Shown piece after piece: positions 8,782 to 18,123 of a stretch of DNA of 39,833 bases. Source of the DNA: Promethearchaeota archaeon (GTDB lineage: Archaea; Asgardarchaeota; Lokiarchaeia; Sigyniarchaeales; SOKP01). Under the pieces are notes generated by a model. The model was given only the letters and a program-made list of their open reading frames with translations. It had not been told where the DNA came from and searched no databases. The number at the start of each line of letters is the position of its first letter. Positions within the stretch are counted from its first letter, which is position 1. A program made the translations under genes and the position numbers. The stretch is from NCBI GenBank assembly GCA_013375475.1, contig JABXKD010000022.1, positions 1 to 39,833 on the forward strand. Reading direction: 5' to 3'.

Positions 8782-10218
8782 ATGATGATCTTAAATAATG
8801 GATATGATTTTAATTCTATAACTCGAAAAAAAATTTTAAAGGCAACTAATGAAGCATTAAATAATTACCATTACAGAACGTTATTTAAATCAGAAGATGA
8901 GATAGTTAAACATGGCAAATACGAGAAATCAGAGCTTCGTTTTATTTTAGACTCAATACTAGAAGTCGAAACTGCTCGTAAATATATTTTAGATGAATTA
9001 TATGATAAAATGCCATTATCATTAAAGGAAATCTTAAATCTTTTTGAATTTCCAGAAGAAAATATCATTAGAGATGTAATTTATTTAGTTGTACAAGGAT
9101 ATCTTGAAAAATTTATTGATAAATCTACAGGAAATTTAAGATATAGATTAATACAAAAAAAATTTAAACCCCAGAAGAATGTAATTGATACTATTTCAAT
9201 TATTCAAGAAAATAATTTATGTTGTCAGTGTGGTTTATGTTCATCAATTTGCCCGTCAGATGGAATTAAACTCACAAATAAAAATATCTTTGTTGATGAA
9301 ATTGTGTGTATTCGCTGTGGTTTATGTTATTATGTATGTCCTCAATCTTTTTCATTTAAAGATGAGATTAATTATTTAAAAAGCCAGAAATATGATTTAA
9401 GATACACTAAATATTTAGGCTACTATAAAAATATTTACTCCGCAAGAACACATATTCAAAAGATCTGGGATTATATTCAAGATGGCGGAATTGTAAGTAC
9501 TCTAATTTATTATATGCTTAAAAATAAATTAGTAGATGCTGTTATTACTGTTAAACACTCTAAAAACTTCTGGAAGCCTGAGATTGATATAGTTCAAGAT
9601 TTCGAAAAAATTAAACAAGTAGGAGGTACAATTTATACTCATACTCCTCTTTTATCAGTTCTAAATGAAACAAAAAATTACGAAAATATTGCTATAATAG
9701 CCCTTCCATGTAAGATTAATGCATTACAAAAGGGTTCATTATTTCCTGTAAGGTTACCCCTTTTTGATAACATAAAATATAAAATAGGACTTTTCTGTTG
9801 GGAATCTTTATCTTATAATAATATGTTTCAGTTTATTGCGAAGAATTTTGATGTTCCAATCTATGAAATAATTAAAATGAATATAAAAAAAGGAAAATTT
9901 ATTATTGATCTTGAATCTGGAGATGTTTTGGCTATTCCCTTAAAAGAGTGGTATAAATATGCATATAACTTCTGTAATTATTGTGATGATTTTACGGCAG
10001 AGTTTGCAGACATTTCAATAGCAGGAATTGGATCTAAAATAGGATGGTCTACCATTATTACAAGAAATGAAAATGGCGAAAATTTGTTTAAAAAAGTATT
10101 AAACGCAAATTTAATTGAATGTAGAGATTTAAAGAAAGGAGATCCTAATATAGAATTAATTGAGAAGGTATCGAAGAGAAAAATAGAAAGATGTAAATCT
10201 ATCCAATCTAATAAATAA
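8782..10218 (+). CDS. Coenzyme F420 hydrogenase/dehydrogenase beta subunit family protein (FrhB/FdhB-like) with N-terminal wHTH-like region and 2x[4Fe-4S]
   Basis: CCQCGLCSSICP and CIRCGLCYYVCP, then QDGGIVSTL, LPCKI, IGLFCWE, CNYCDDFTAEFADIS and GWSTIITR. Confidence 0.85.
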   Translation: MMILNNGYDFNSITRKKILKATNEALNNYHYRTLFKSEDEIVKHGKYEKSELRFILDSILEVETARKYILDELYDKMPLSLKEILNLFEFPEENIIRDVIYLVVQGYLEKFIDKSTGNLRYRLIQKKFKPQKNVIDTISIIQENNLCCQCGLCSSICPSDGIKLTNKNIFVDEIVCIRCGLCYYVCPQSFSFKDEINYLKSQKYDLRYTKYLGYYKNIYSARTHIQKIWDYIQDGGIVSTLIYYMLKNKLVDAVITVKHSKNFWKPEIDIVQDFEKIKQVGGTIYTHTPLLSVLNETKNYENIAIIALPCKINALQKGSLFPVRLPLFDNIKYKIGLFCWESLSYNNMFQFIAKNFDVPIYEIIKMNIKKGKFIIDLESGDVLAIPLKEWYKYAYNFCNYCDDFTAEFADISIAGIGSKIGWSTIITRNENGENLFKKVLNANLIECRDLKKGDPNIELIEKVSKRKIERCKSIQSNK

Positions 10219-10630
10219 AAATAATGTAATCAGCGGATAAATGTGAAAAAAGAAATATCCAACCAAAAAAAAAAAACAAATCTGAAGGAATTTCAAGATC
10301 TTAAATATGATTGTATGAATAAATTGATGGAGAATATAAAATTATTGAATAAAGAAAAAATAGACGCTAAGATTTTGCATAGGAAAAAAAGAGTAGGGGA
10401 TTAATGAAAAACTCTAAAAATTAATATTATTCTATCCTTACTCTAGATATTTTTTCGTTTAATAAAATATTTTTTTTTTTAATTTCTATCGCTTGAGAAA
10501 AAGAAAATAAATATTTTTAGATAAGTTTCTCCTCCGATATGAAAAAAAAATAGAAATTTAACTTTAAATAAACCTTAAATTTTATAGATTTTATAAAAAT
10601 TTACAATTTATTAGACATGTAATAGGAAAA

Positions 10631-10659
10631 ATGGGTTTTTTATACTGTTTAAAAACCAT
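10631..10659 (-). terminator. Possible imperfect hairpin/T-rich terminator after the por-hyd operon
   Basis: ggttttt...aaaaacc inverted repeat about 12 bp past the stop at 10671. The AT-rich context makes a chance match plausible. Confidence 0.25.
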
Positions 10660-10670
10660 ATTATACATTT

Positions 10671-12161
10671 CTAATATCCACATTTTGCTTTCAACTGATT
10701 CCATTGCAAATCAATTCTTTCTTGAATTTCTAGAATAATTGATTTGAATTTTTCACTAAATAGATGTTTAAATCTTCCCTGCATTTTTAAATATTCTTCT
10801 ATTTGAATTTTTTCTTGTTTTCCATCAGCGATTAATTTTGAGAGTCCAGTAATCCTGTATTTATTATTTTTAACTTCATAAGTAGGCCAAAAGCAAGTCT
10901 TAACGGCGAGCTTTGATAATTCAATAGTCTTTTCTGGATCAAATCTCCATCCTCGAGGGCAAGGTGAGATAACATTAATAAATTTTGGTCCTTTAATATT
11001 AAATGCTTTACCAACCTTTGCAATTAAATCATTATATAATCCTGGTGAAGTCTGGGCGACATAGGGTATTCGATGAGCAACCATAATTTCGGTCAAATCT
11101 TTAGGAAATTCTTTTTTGCCTGGAATAACAATACCCGCAGGTGAGGTGGTGGTTGATGCTCCTTTTGAAGTTGCACTACTTCTTTGAATTCCTGTATTCA
11201 TATATGCTTCATTATTAAAACATATATATAAAAAGTCATGTCCTCTTTCTACAGCACCAGATAATGCTTGAAGTCCTATATCATATGTTCCGCCATCCCC
11301 TCCAAATGCTAAAAATTTTATTTCATCATCTTTAATTCGACCTGTTCTTTTTAAAACCCTATAACAAGCTTCTACACCCGAAATTGTTGATGCTGCATTC
11401 TCAAAAGCAGAGTGAATCCAAGGGATTTTCCATGAAGTATATGGATATATCGTAGTGGCAACTTCAGTACATCCTGTAGCATTTGAAATAATAACAGGGT
11501 TATTAGTAGCATGTAATACTTGTCTGATAATTATCGATTCTGCACATCCAGCACATAACCTATGACCTGAAGCTATGCGATCTGGTGTTTTAGAGTATTT
11601 TTTAACTAGAAATTCAACTTCTCCTGTTGGACAAACTTTTACACATTCATTACAATTGATACATAGATCAGTTTCCATATTAAAAAGAGTAGTTACTTTT
11701 TTATCTAAACCCCTATCAGAAAAATTAATAGCATGAGCACCAACAATTTCATCGCACACTCTTACACATAAACCACATAGCAAACAATTCTCATGTTGTA
11801 AGGGAAATCGAGTTTTTTCAACTCCCATTTTTTTTGCTAGTTCTTTTATATATTTTACATTAGGGCATCTTGCGAGCATTAATTCAATAAGCATCTTTCT
11901 GATTTTTATAACTTCATTGGAGTTCGTTTTAACTACCATTTCTCCCTTGATTGGATAATTACACGATGTTACAAAACTAGATCTTCCTTCTTTAATTATT
12001 TCCACTGTGCATAGTCTACAACTACCATATAAACTCAAATTTTTATGATAACATAATGTAGGAATCATAAATTCATTTTCTTTTAACACATCAAGGAGAA
12101 TTCTCCCTTTTTCTACTCCTATATTTTTATTATCTATATTAATTTTAATCATTTTTCTCAC
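10671..12161 (-). CDS. porB: Fusion of a HydA/NuoG/HoxU-type N-terminal Fe-S domain with a pyruvate:ferredoxin oxidoreductase beta subunit
   Basis: aa 1-185: IPTLC..GSCRLC..TSC [2Fe-2S], plus [11 protein letters not shown] and [12 protein letters not shown]. aa ~195-496: [41 protein letters not shown]. Start is GTG 12161 (GTGA overlap) or ATG 12152. Confidence 0.92.
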   Translation of the reverse strand: [496 protein letters not shown]

Positions 12162-14005
12162 TCTTTTATTATCGCATTAAATTGACAAGAATCAATACAA
12201 ATTCCACATTTTATGCATTTATCCTGATCAATAATGTACAATTCTTTTTTTTCACCAGATATAGCTTCCTTAGGGCATTTAACAGCACATACCCCACAAC
12301 CCGTACAATCATCAATAATTTTAAAAATAATAAGATTTTTGCATACTCTCGCAGGACATTTCTTATCTTTTATGTGGGCGTAATATTCTTCCTTGAAATA
12401 CTTTAATGTCGTTAAAACAGGATTCGATGCGGTAGTACCTAAAGCACATAAACATGATTTTTTCATTACATTTGAAATTTCTTCCAATAACTCTAAATCC
12501 TTCTCTTCTCCATTTCCATCACATATCATATTTAAAATATTTAACATTTGTCTTATACCCTCCCTGCAGGGTACACATTTACCGCATGATTCATCCACCA
12601 AGAAATTTAAAAAGTATTTAGCAATATCTACCATGCAAGTATCTTCATCCATCACTATCATCCCCCCCGAGCCCATCATTGACCCTAATTTTGATAATTC
12701 GTCGAAATCTATTGATAAATCAATAAATTCCTCTGGAATACATCCTCCCGAGGGTCCACCTGTTTGAACAGCCTTAAATTTTTTACCATCTTTTATCCCA
12801 CCCCCAATTTTATAAATAATATCTCTTAGTGATGTTCCTAATGGTACTTCAACTAACCCTGTATTCTTTACATTACCAACTAAAGAAAATATTTTTGTTC
12901 CCGGATTATTTTCAGATCCTATAGCTTTGAACCAATCACTACCATTTTTTATAATAAAAGGTACATTCGCCCAAGTCTCCACATTGTTTAAATTTGTTGG
13001 TTTTCCGTAAAGCCCTTCTTCAGACATATGTATATATTTTGGAATTGGTTCTCCTACTTTTCCCTCTAAAGATTTAATAAGTGCACTTGATTCACCTGAA
13101 ACAAACGCTCCTGCACCTCTAAAAACTTTAATATCAAAATTTAGACCTGATCCTAAAATATTTTCTCCTAAAAGCCCATATTTTCTGGCTTGGTCTAGAG
13201 CAATATATACATTTTCTACTGCTAATGGATACTCCTCCCTTATATATATATAACCTTGATTTGAACCAATCGCATAGGCACCAATAATAAATCCTTCCAA
13301 TACTGAATGTGGATTACCTTCCATAAGAGATCTATTCATATAAGCCCCTGGATCGCCCTCATCACAATTAACAATTATATATTTGGACACGCCAGATGCA
13401 TTGCGAGTGGACTCCCATTTTATTCCTGAAGGAAATCCACCCCCCCCTCTACCCCGAAGATTTGCCTTTTTTATTTCTTCTAATACATCTTCAGGTTTCA
13501 TTTTTAAGGCTTTTATTAGAGCAGAATAGCCTCCTATAGCAATATAATCTTCAATTTTTTTAGGATTAATTTTTAAATTATTACCCAAAATAAGTCGTTT
13601 TTGATTTTTATAAAAAGGAATTTCTGATTCATGAACCAATTCTTCTTCATTCTCGGTATATACTAATCTCTTAATGATTTCTCCTTTTTTAATAGTTTTT
13701 GAAATAATTTCAAGAATATCTTCAGGTTTTACTTGAAGATAACAGAGTTCTTCTGGATAAATCACAACAATAGGACCTCTCTCACAAAAACCATGACATC
13801 CAGTTCTTTTAATATCTACTTTATCTGTTAATTTCTGTTCTTCAAGGATTTGATGGAATTTAGCCGCAATTTCATTACAACCATATGCTTGGCAACCCGT
13901 TCCTGAACATACCGTGATGCAGGACCTTTTAGGGTCGATATTTGCTACTAATTCATTTCTTAACTTTTGTAAATCATCAAATAAATTTAATATCATAATT
14001 TTCAC
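12158..14005 (-). CDS. nuoF: HydB/NuoF-type NAD(P)H- and FMN-binding subunit (bifurcating-type architecture)
   Basis: N-terminal [2Fe-2S] (CSGTGC..GCHGFC), LRGRGGGGFP, NCDEGDPGA, NNVET, GGPSGG, SCGKCVPCREG, H..CPARVC and C-terminal 2x[4Fe-4S]. Confidence 0.93.
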   Translation of the reverse strand: MKIMILNLFDDLQKLRNELVANIDPKRSCITVCSGTGCQAYGCNEIAAKFHQILEEQKLTDKVDIKRTGCHGFCERGPIVVIYPEELCYLQVKPEDILEIISKTIKKGEIIKRLVYTENEEELVHESEIPFYKNQKRLILGNNLKINPKKIEDYIAIGGYSALIKALKMKPEDVLEEIKKANLRGRGGGGFPSGIKWESTRNASGVSKYIIVNCDEGDPGAYMNRSLMEGNPHSVLEGFIIGAYAIGSNQGYIYIREEYPLAVENVYIALDQARKYGLLGENILGSGLNFDIKVFRGAGAFVSGESSALIKSLEGKVGEPIPKYIHMSEEGLYGKPTNLNNVETWANVPFIIKNGSDWFKAIGSENNPGTKIFSLVGNVKNTGLVEVPLGTSLRDIIYKIGGGIKDGKKFKAVQTGGPSGGCIPEEFIDLSIDFDELSKLGSMMGSGGMIVMDEDTCMVDIAKYFLNFLVDESCGKCVPCREGIRQMLNILNMICDGNGEEKDLELLEEISNVMKKSCLCALGTTASNPVLTTLKYFKEEYYAHIKDKKCPARVCKNLIIFKIIDDCTGCGVCAVKCPKEAISGEKKELYIIDQDKCIKCGICIDSCQFNAIIKE

Positions 14006-14448
14006 TTATACTTTTTTAGAATTTTATTTATTTTACCGGGACTCATATTTCCGTAATAATTCTTATTAACAATCATAACAGGACCTAATGCGCAACATCC
14101 TAAACAGTTAACACTTTCTAAACTAAATAAACCATCCTTTGATGTTTCCCCACTTTTAATTTCTAATTCCCTTTCTACACTTTCAAGTATTCGCTGAGAA
14201 CTTCTAACATGACAAGCAGTACCAAGACATACTCTTATATGGTATTTACCCCTTGGCTTTAGGGAGAAAGCTTTATAAAAAGTAGCAACTTGATATATAT
14301 CCAACATAGGAATTTTCATTTTTTCGCTAATAAGTTCTAAGGCATCTTTTGGTAGATAATTATATTTTGCTTGTGTATCATGCAGAACTGATATTAATTG
14401 GGAGGAGTCATGATCAAATTTTTCTATAATTTCCTTAATTTCTTTCAT
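14002..14448 (-). CDS. nuoE: HydC/NuoE-type [2Fe-2S] subunit
   Basis: VATFY, CLGTACHV and VNCLGCCALGP. Confidence 0.93.
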   Translation of the reverse strand: MKEIKEIIEKFDHDSSQLISVLHDTQAKYNYLPKDALELISEKMKIPMLDIYQVATFYKAFSLKPRGKYHIRVCLGTACHVRSSQRILESVERELEIKSGETSKDGLFSLESVNCLGCCALGPVMIVNKNYYGNMSPGKINKILKKYK

Positions 14449-14452
14449 ATAA

Positions 14453-15619
14453 TCACCTTACATTAAAATATTTTACGTAATTCTCTAGTTTACCGGTTTT
14501 AGAGATATCATTGATTTCATTGAAGATTTTTTCAATATCTTTAATGGTGGTATCCCTTCCTCCTAATCCATAAATAAAATTTACAATTTCAGCATCAATC
14601 TTTTTAAATACAGAACTTCTCACTTCAGAAAACAATGGACCTCCAAAACCTCCAAAACTATCGCTTCTATCCATAATTGCGATAACTTTAACATTTTTCA
14701 ATGAATTAATAATATCCTCCCTTGGAAAAGGTCTAAATAATCTTAATTTTAATAAACCCGCTTTTACACCCTTTTTTCTTATATTATCTATAGCAGCTTT
14801 TACTGTACCAGCAGTACTACCTAATATGACAATTGCAACCTCTGCATCATCAAGTTTATACTTTGTTAATGTATTATAATTCCTTCCCGTAATATCTCCA
14901 AATTCTTTTCCAACATCTTTTACGATTCTTAATGATTTTTGTAATGCTTCATGTTCCTGTTTCTTATGTTCCATATAGTAATCATATAAGGCTACAGGAC
15001 CAATTGTTATAGGATTATTAAAATTTAAGAGAGGATGTACAGGATTATAACTTCCAATAAAATTTTTTACTTCATTATCTTCTAAAGCATTATATCTTTC
15101 AACAGAATGAGAAACAATGAAACCATCAATACATGGCATAACAGGTAATCTAGAAATTTCTGCGATTTTTACAGCTTGTATAATATTATCATAGCCTTCT
15201 TGAACATTCTCACCATAGATTTGTATCCAACCTGCGTCACGTGCTCCCATACTATCCGCATGATCGCAATGTATATTTAAAGGCGCTGAAAGCGCTCTAT
15301 TCATTACGCCCATAACAATCGGGAGTCTTAATGAAGACGCTACATATAGTAATTCCCACATAAAAGCTAACCCAGCAGAAGCAGTTGAGGTTATAACTCT
15401 TCCACCCGCAGCAGATGCCCCAATGCACGCAGACATTGCAGAATGTTCAGATTCCGTAGCAACAAACTCTGTATCGACTTTTCCGTCTGCTACATATTCT
15501 GAGAATTTTTCAATCGCAATAGTTTGTGGTGTTATAGGATAACCTGCTACGACATCAGGATTAATTTGCTTCATTGCATATGCAATAGCACTATCACCAT
15601 TCATTGCTAGCACGTTCAT
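14453..15619 (-). CDS. porA: Pyruvate:ferredoxin oxidoreductase alpha subunit
   Basis: YPITPQT, ESEHSAMSA, NRALSAPLNIHCDHAD, DGFIVSH and GLGGRD. Confidence 0.95.
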   Translation of the reverse strand: MNVLAMNGDSAIAYAMKQINPDVVAGYPITPQTIAIEKFSEYVADGKVDTEFVATESEHSAMSACIGASAAGGRVITSTASAGLAFMWELLYVASSLRLPIVMGVMNRALSAPLNIHCDHADSMGARDAGWIQIYGENVQEGYDNIIQAVKIAEISRLPVMPCIDGFIVSHSVERYNALEDNEVKNFIGSYNPVHPLLNFNNPITIGPVALYDYYMEHKKQEHEALQKSLRIVKDVGKEFGDITGRNYNTLTKYKLDDAEVAIVILGSTAGTVKAAIDNIRKKGVKAGLLKLRLFRPFPREDIINSLKNVKVIAIMDRSDSFGGFGGPLFSEVRSSVFKKIDAEIVNFIYGLGGRDTTIKDIEKIFNEINDISKTGKLENYVKYFNVR

Positions 15620-15888
15620 TTTTCTACCTCCATAGTTATTGCTTCTTTAGGACATTCATTCGAGCATATTCCACATCCTTTGCAAAAATCATAATTTATT
15701 CCTTTTATTTTTTCATCCTCAATAATTATAGAGCCATCAGGACAATATGCCCAACAAACAAGACAATGAATACATTTCTCTTCATCTCGTGTAGGTTTTC
15801 TTGCTCTCCATGACCCTGTTTTATAATTTATTGAGTTACCGGGTTCAAGTATTAAAGCTCCTTCAGGTATCTCTTTCCATCCTTTCAT
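15616..15888 (-). CDS. porD: Pyruvate:ferredoxin oxidoreductase delta subunit
   Basis: KTGSWR, CIHCLVCWAYCPD and YDFCKGCGICSNECP. Confidence 0.95.
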   Translation of the reverse strand: MKGWKEIPEGALILEPGNSINYKTGSWRARKPTRDEEKCIHCLVCWAYCPDGSIIIEDEKIKGINYDFCKGCGICSNECPKEAITMEVEK

Positions 15889-16454
15889 TATTCCACCTCA
15901 ATATATGCTCTATTAACGGCATCAATATTTCCCTTAATAATTTTATCTGAGAATTTTTTTCCCAAAACTTCTCTAATTGTAGCTATTATGTTCTCCTTTT
16001 GTATAATCCCCGAAATTTTTGATAATGCAGCAACACCACAGACATTTGCCAAAGGTTTTCCAATAGTTTCCAGAGCTATTTTTGTAGCATTAATAACAAA
16101 GATTTTACCTTGAAATTTTGTTATTTCTCTTATTTTTTCTTTGGATAAATTAGTATTTACAATTAAAATTCCATCTCTTTTTAATCCTTCAGCTACATTA
16201 ATTTGCTCCAATAATGTGGGATCTAAAACGATAACAGCATCAGGTTCATATACTTGGGAATGAATGGTTATTGGCTTATTATCAATTCTAGTGTAAGCTT
16301 TAACCGGAGCACCCATTCTCTCGGGACCAAAATCAGGAAAAGATTGTAAATATTGATCCTCTTTGAGAGCTGCATATGCAAGAATTTCTGATGCGGTTAC
16401 CACTCCTTGTCCACCTCGACCATGCCACCTTACTTCATACATTTCTTCAACCAT
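15888..16454 (-). CDS. porG: Pyruvate:ferredoxin oxidoreductase gamma subunit
   Basis: EVRWHGRGGQGVVTA and FGPERMGAPV. TAATG overlap with porD. Confidence 0.95.
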   Translation of the reverse strand: MVEEMYEVRWHGRGGQGVVTASEILAYAALKEDQYLQSFPDFGPERMGAPVKAYTRIDNKPITIHSQVYEPDAVIVLDPTLLEQINVAEGLKRDGILIVNTNLSKEKIREITKFQGKIFVINATKIALETIGKPLANVCGVAALSKISGIIQKENIIATIREVLGKKFSDKIIKGNIDAVNRAYIEVE

Positions 16455-16754
16455 AATTTCTTAGTTTTTCAATAATAATTATGCATAATAATGATCATTA
16501 TAATAAATGAAAAGCACTTACATAATCAACAGAATTATACATAAAATATATTGATTTGCAAAAAATTTATGTTCAAATTTTATAATATATTTTAAAAATT
16601 AAGCATTATTACCGTAAGGTATCACACTCATAATTAGAATGTAATTATTAAGTTTCCATTTAAGATATAATTCTAATAACCTAAAATTTTGAAATCGTGA
16701 AATTTTTAGGATTTGTTAATTTTTCCTTATCATTAATTGTAGAGGAATTATAGA

Positions 16755-18113
16755 TTGTGGGACTCTAATTCTAACCAAGCTGGTGCTACAGATGAGGGCA
16801 TGAAAACTAAATCAAACCAAAATGAAACTATAATCACACCTGATTTTATTCCTATGATCCGGATTATCTTCTGGAATAGTATGGGATTCTTTTTCTTTTC
16901 ATTTTTAATCCCTTATGTCACAGTTCAATTATTAGGAGTCTCAAAAACAGAATTAGGAGTCGCTTTTTCAATACAGACCATAGGGGGTTTACTTAGTGCG
17001 CCCATAGTAGGTTTTTTAACAGACCGAGTCTCAAAGAAAGTATTAATCCTAATTGGCAGTTTTGGTCGTGCCGCTTGTTATATCCTTATGTATATAGGAA
17101 TTCTCTTTTCTTCTTTCGTGCTATTTACAGCAGGTATGTTTGTTTTAGGATTTTTTGTTGGATTTTTTTGGACACCATTAGATACATTGATATCTGAAAA
17201 ATCAAACAAAGATAATCGTTCTTTTGCTTTTGGAAAACGTGCTGGAATGATCGGAAAAGGAAACGCTGTTGGATCAATCATAAGTTTTATAATATTTTGG
17301 TTAGCGAATACATATGTTCCGGAAAATCTCTTTTTAGTTTATTGTCCTCTATTGTTATTTGCTGCATCAAATATATTTGGAGGATTTATGTTCCATATGA
17401 AAGTGGATGAAAAATTAACATATGATAAACATATATTTAATTTATTTCCATCTTCCGTCGAACCAAGTGTAGTCTCCAAGGAACCCGTTATATCTGACAC
17501 TCCTTTGAAGTCCAGAAATAATTTAGCGATTGGATTCTTCGTCGGTTTCAGTGTCTTAGTCCTTGCTTTTATGACTAGCAACATTAATCAAATGTTAGCG
17601 TATCCATTCTTTCAAGTGTATTTACACGACGAATTAGGGGTCCAAGATCCAACGCTTATAATGATAATCTATTTTCCGAGTCAAATTATCTCACTTTTAT
17701 TAGCACCTAAATTAGGCAAGATTGCTGATAGAATTAATCCTGTTTTAGGGATGGTTTTTGTGAGTAGTTTAGGTGCTTTCGTGACATGGTTAATAATCAA
17801 TTCAACATCAGGCTGGTTGTTTGGACTTCTTTTACTCTTCGACTCAACTTTTGCGTGGGGAGGTAACTTGATTTTACAAAATATTCTTAGTCGTATATCA
17901 AAAATTCATCGTGGAAAGGTTTTTGGCGCGGCACAATGGTTAAGCTTATTTGGTGCGGCTTTGGGACCTATAATAGGAGGATTTGCGTATGATAACATAG
18001 CTCCATTTGCTCCTTTCTTAATTTCAATATTTATCGAATTAAGTGTAATACCTCTTTACGCGATTGCGATAAAGACCTTAAAACCTTACATGACTGAAAA
18101 AGTAGATTTATAA
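16755..18113 (+). CDS. Major facilitator superfamily transporter
   Basis: About 12 TM with motif-A-like GFLTDRVSKK and GKIADRIN. The real start may be ATG 16800. Confidence 0.85.
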   Translation: MWDSNSNQAGATDEGMKTKSNQNETIITPDFIPMIRIIFWNSMGFFFFSFLIPYVTVQLLGVSKTELGVAFSIQTIGGLLSAPIVGFLTDRVSKKVLILIGSFGRAACYILMYIGILFSSFVLFTAGMFVLGFFVGFFWTPLDTLISEKSNKDNRSFAFGKRAGMIGKGNAVGSIISFIIFWLANTYVPENLFLVYCPLLLFAASNIFGGFMFHMKVDEKLTYDKHIFNLFPSSVEPSVVSKEPVISDTPLKSRNNLAIGFFVGFSVLVLAFMTSNINQMLAYPFFQVYLHDELGVQDPTLIMIIYFPSQIISLLLAPKLGKIADRINPVLGMVFVSSLGAFVTWLIINSTSGWLFGLLLLFDSTFAWGGNLILQNILSRISKIHRGKVFGAAQWLSLFGAALGPIIGGFAYDNIAPFAPFLISIFIELSVIPLYAIAIKTLKPYMTEKVDL

Positions 18114-18123
18114 CTTTGCATAA

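Noticed and set aside
10243-10404. 53-aa Lys-rich GTG ORF after the frhB-like gene
   Set aside because: Low complexity across a poly-A run and no recognisable motif; cannot be supported.
10671-14448. [FeFe]-hydrogenase or respiratory complex I
   Set aside because: No H-cluster motifs and no membrane Nuo subunits; the catalytic domain is PorB.
12158-15619. TGA stops as possible selenocysteine codons (Lokiarchaeia are known to use Sec)
   Set aside because: The TGAs at 12158, 14002 and 15616 end complete proteins and overlap the next start (GTGA/ATGA), which indicates translational coupling.
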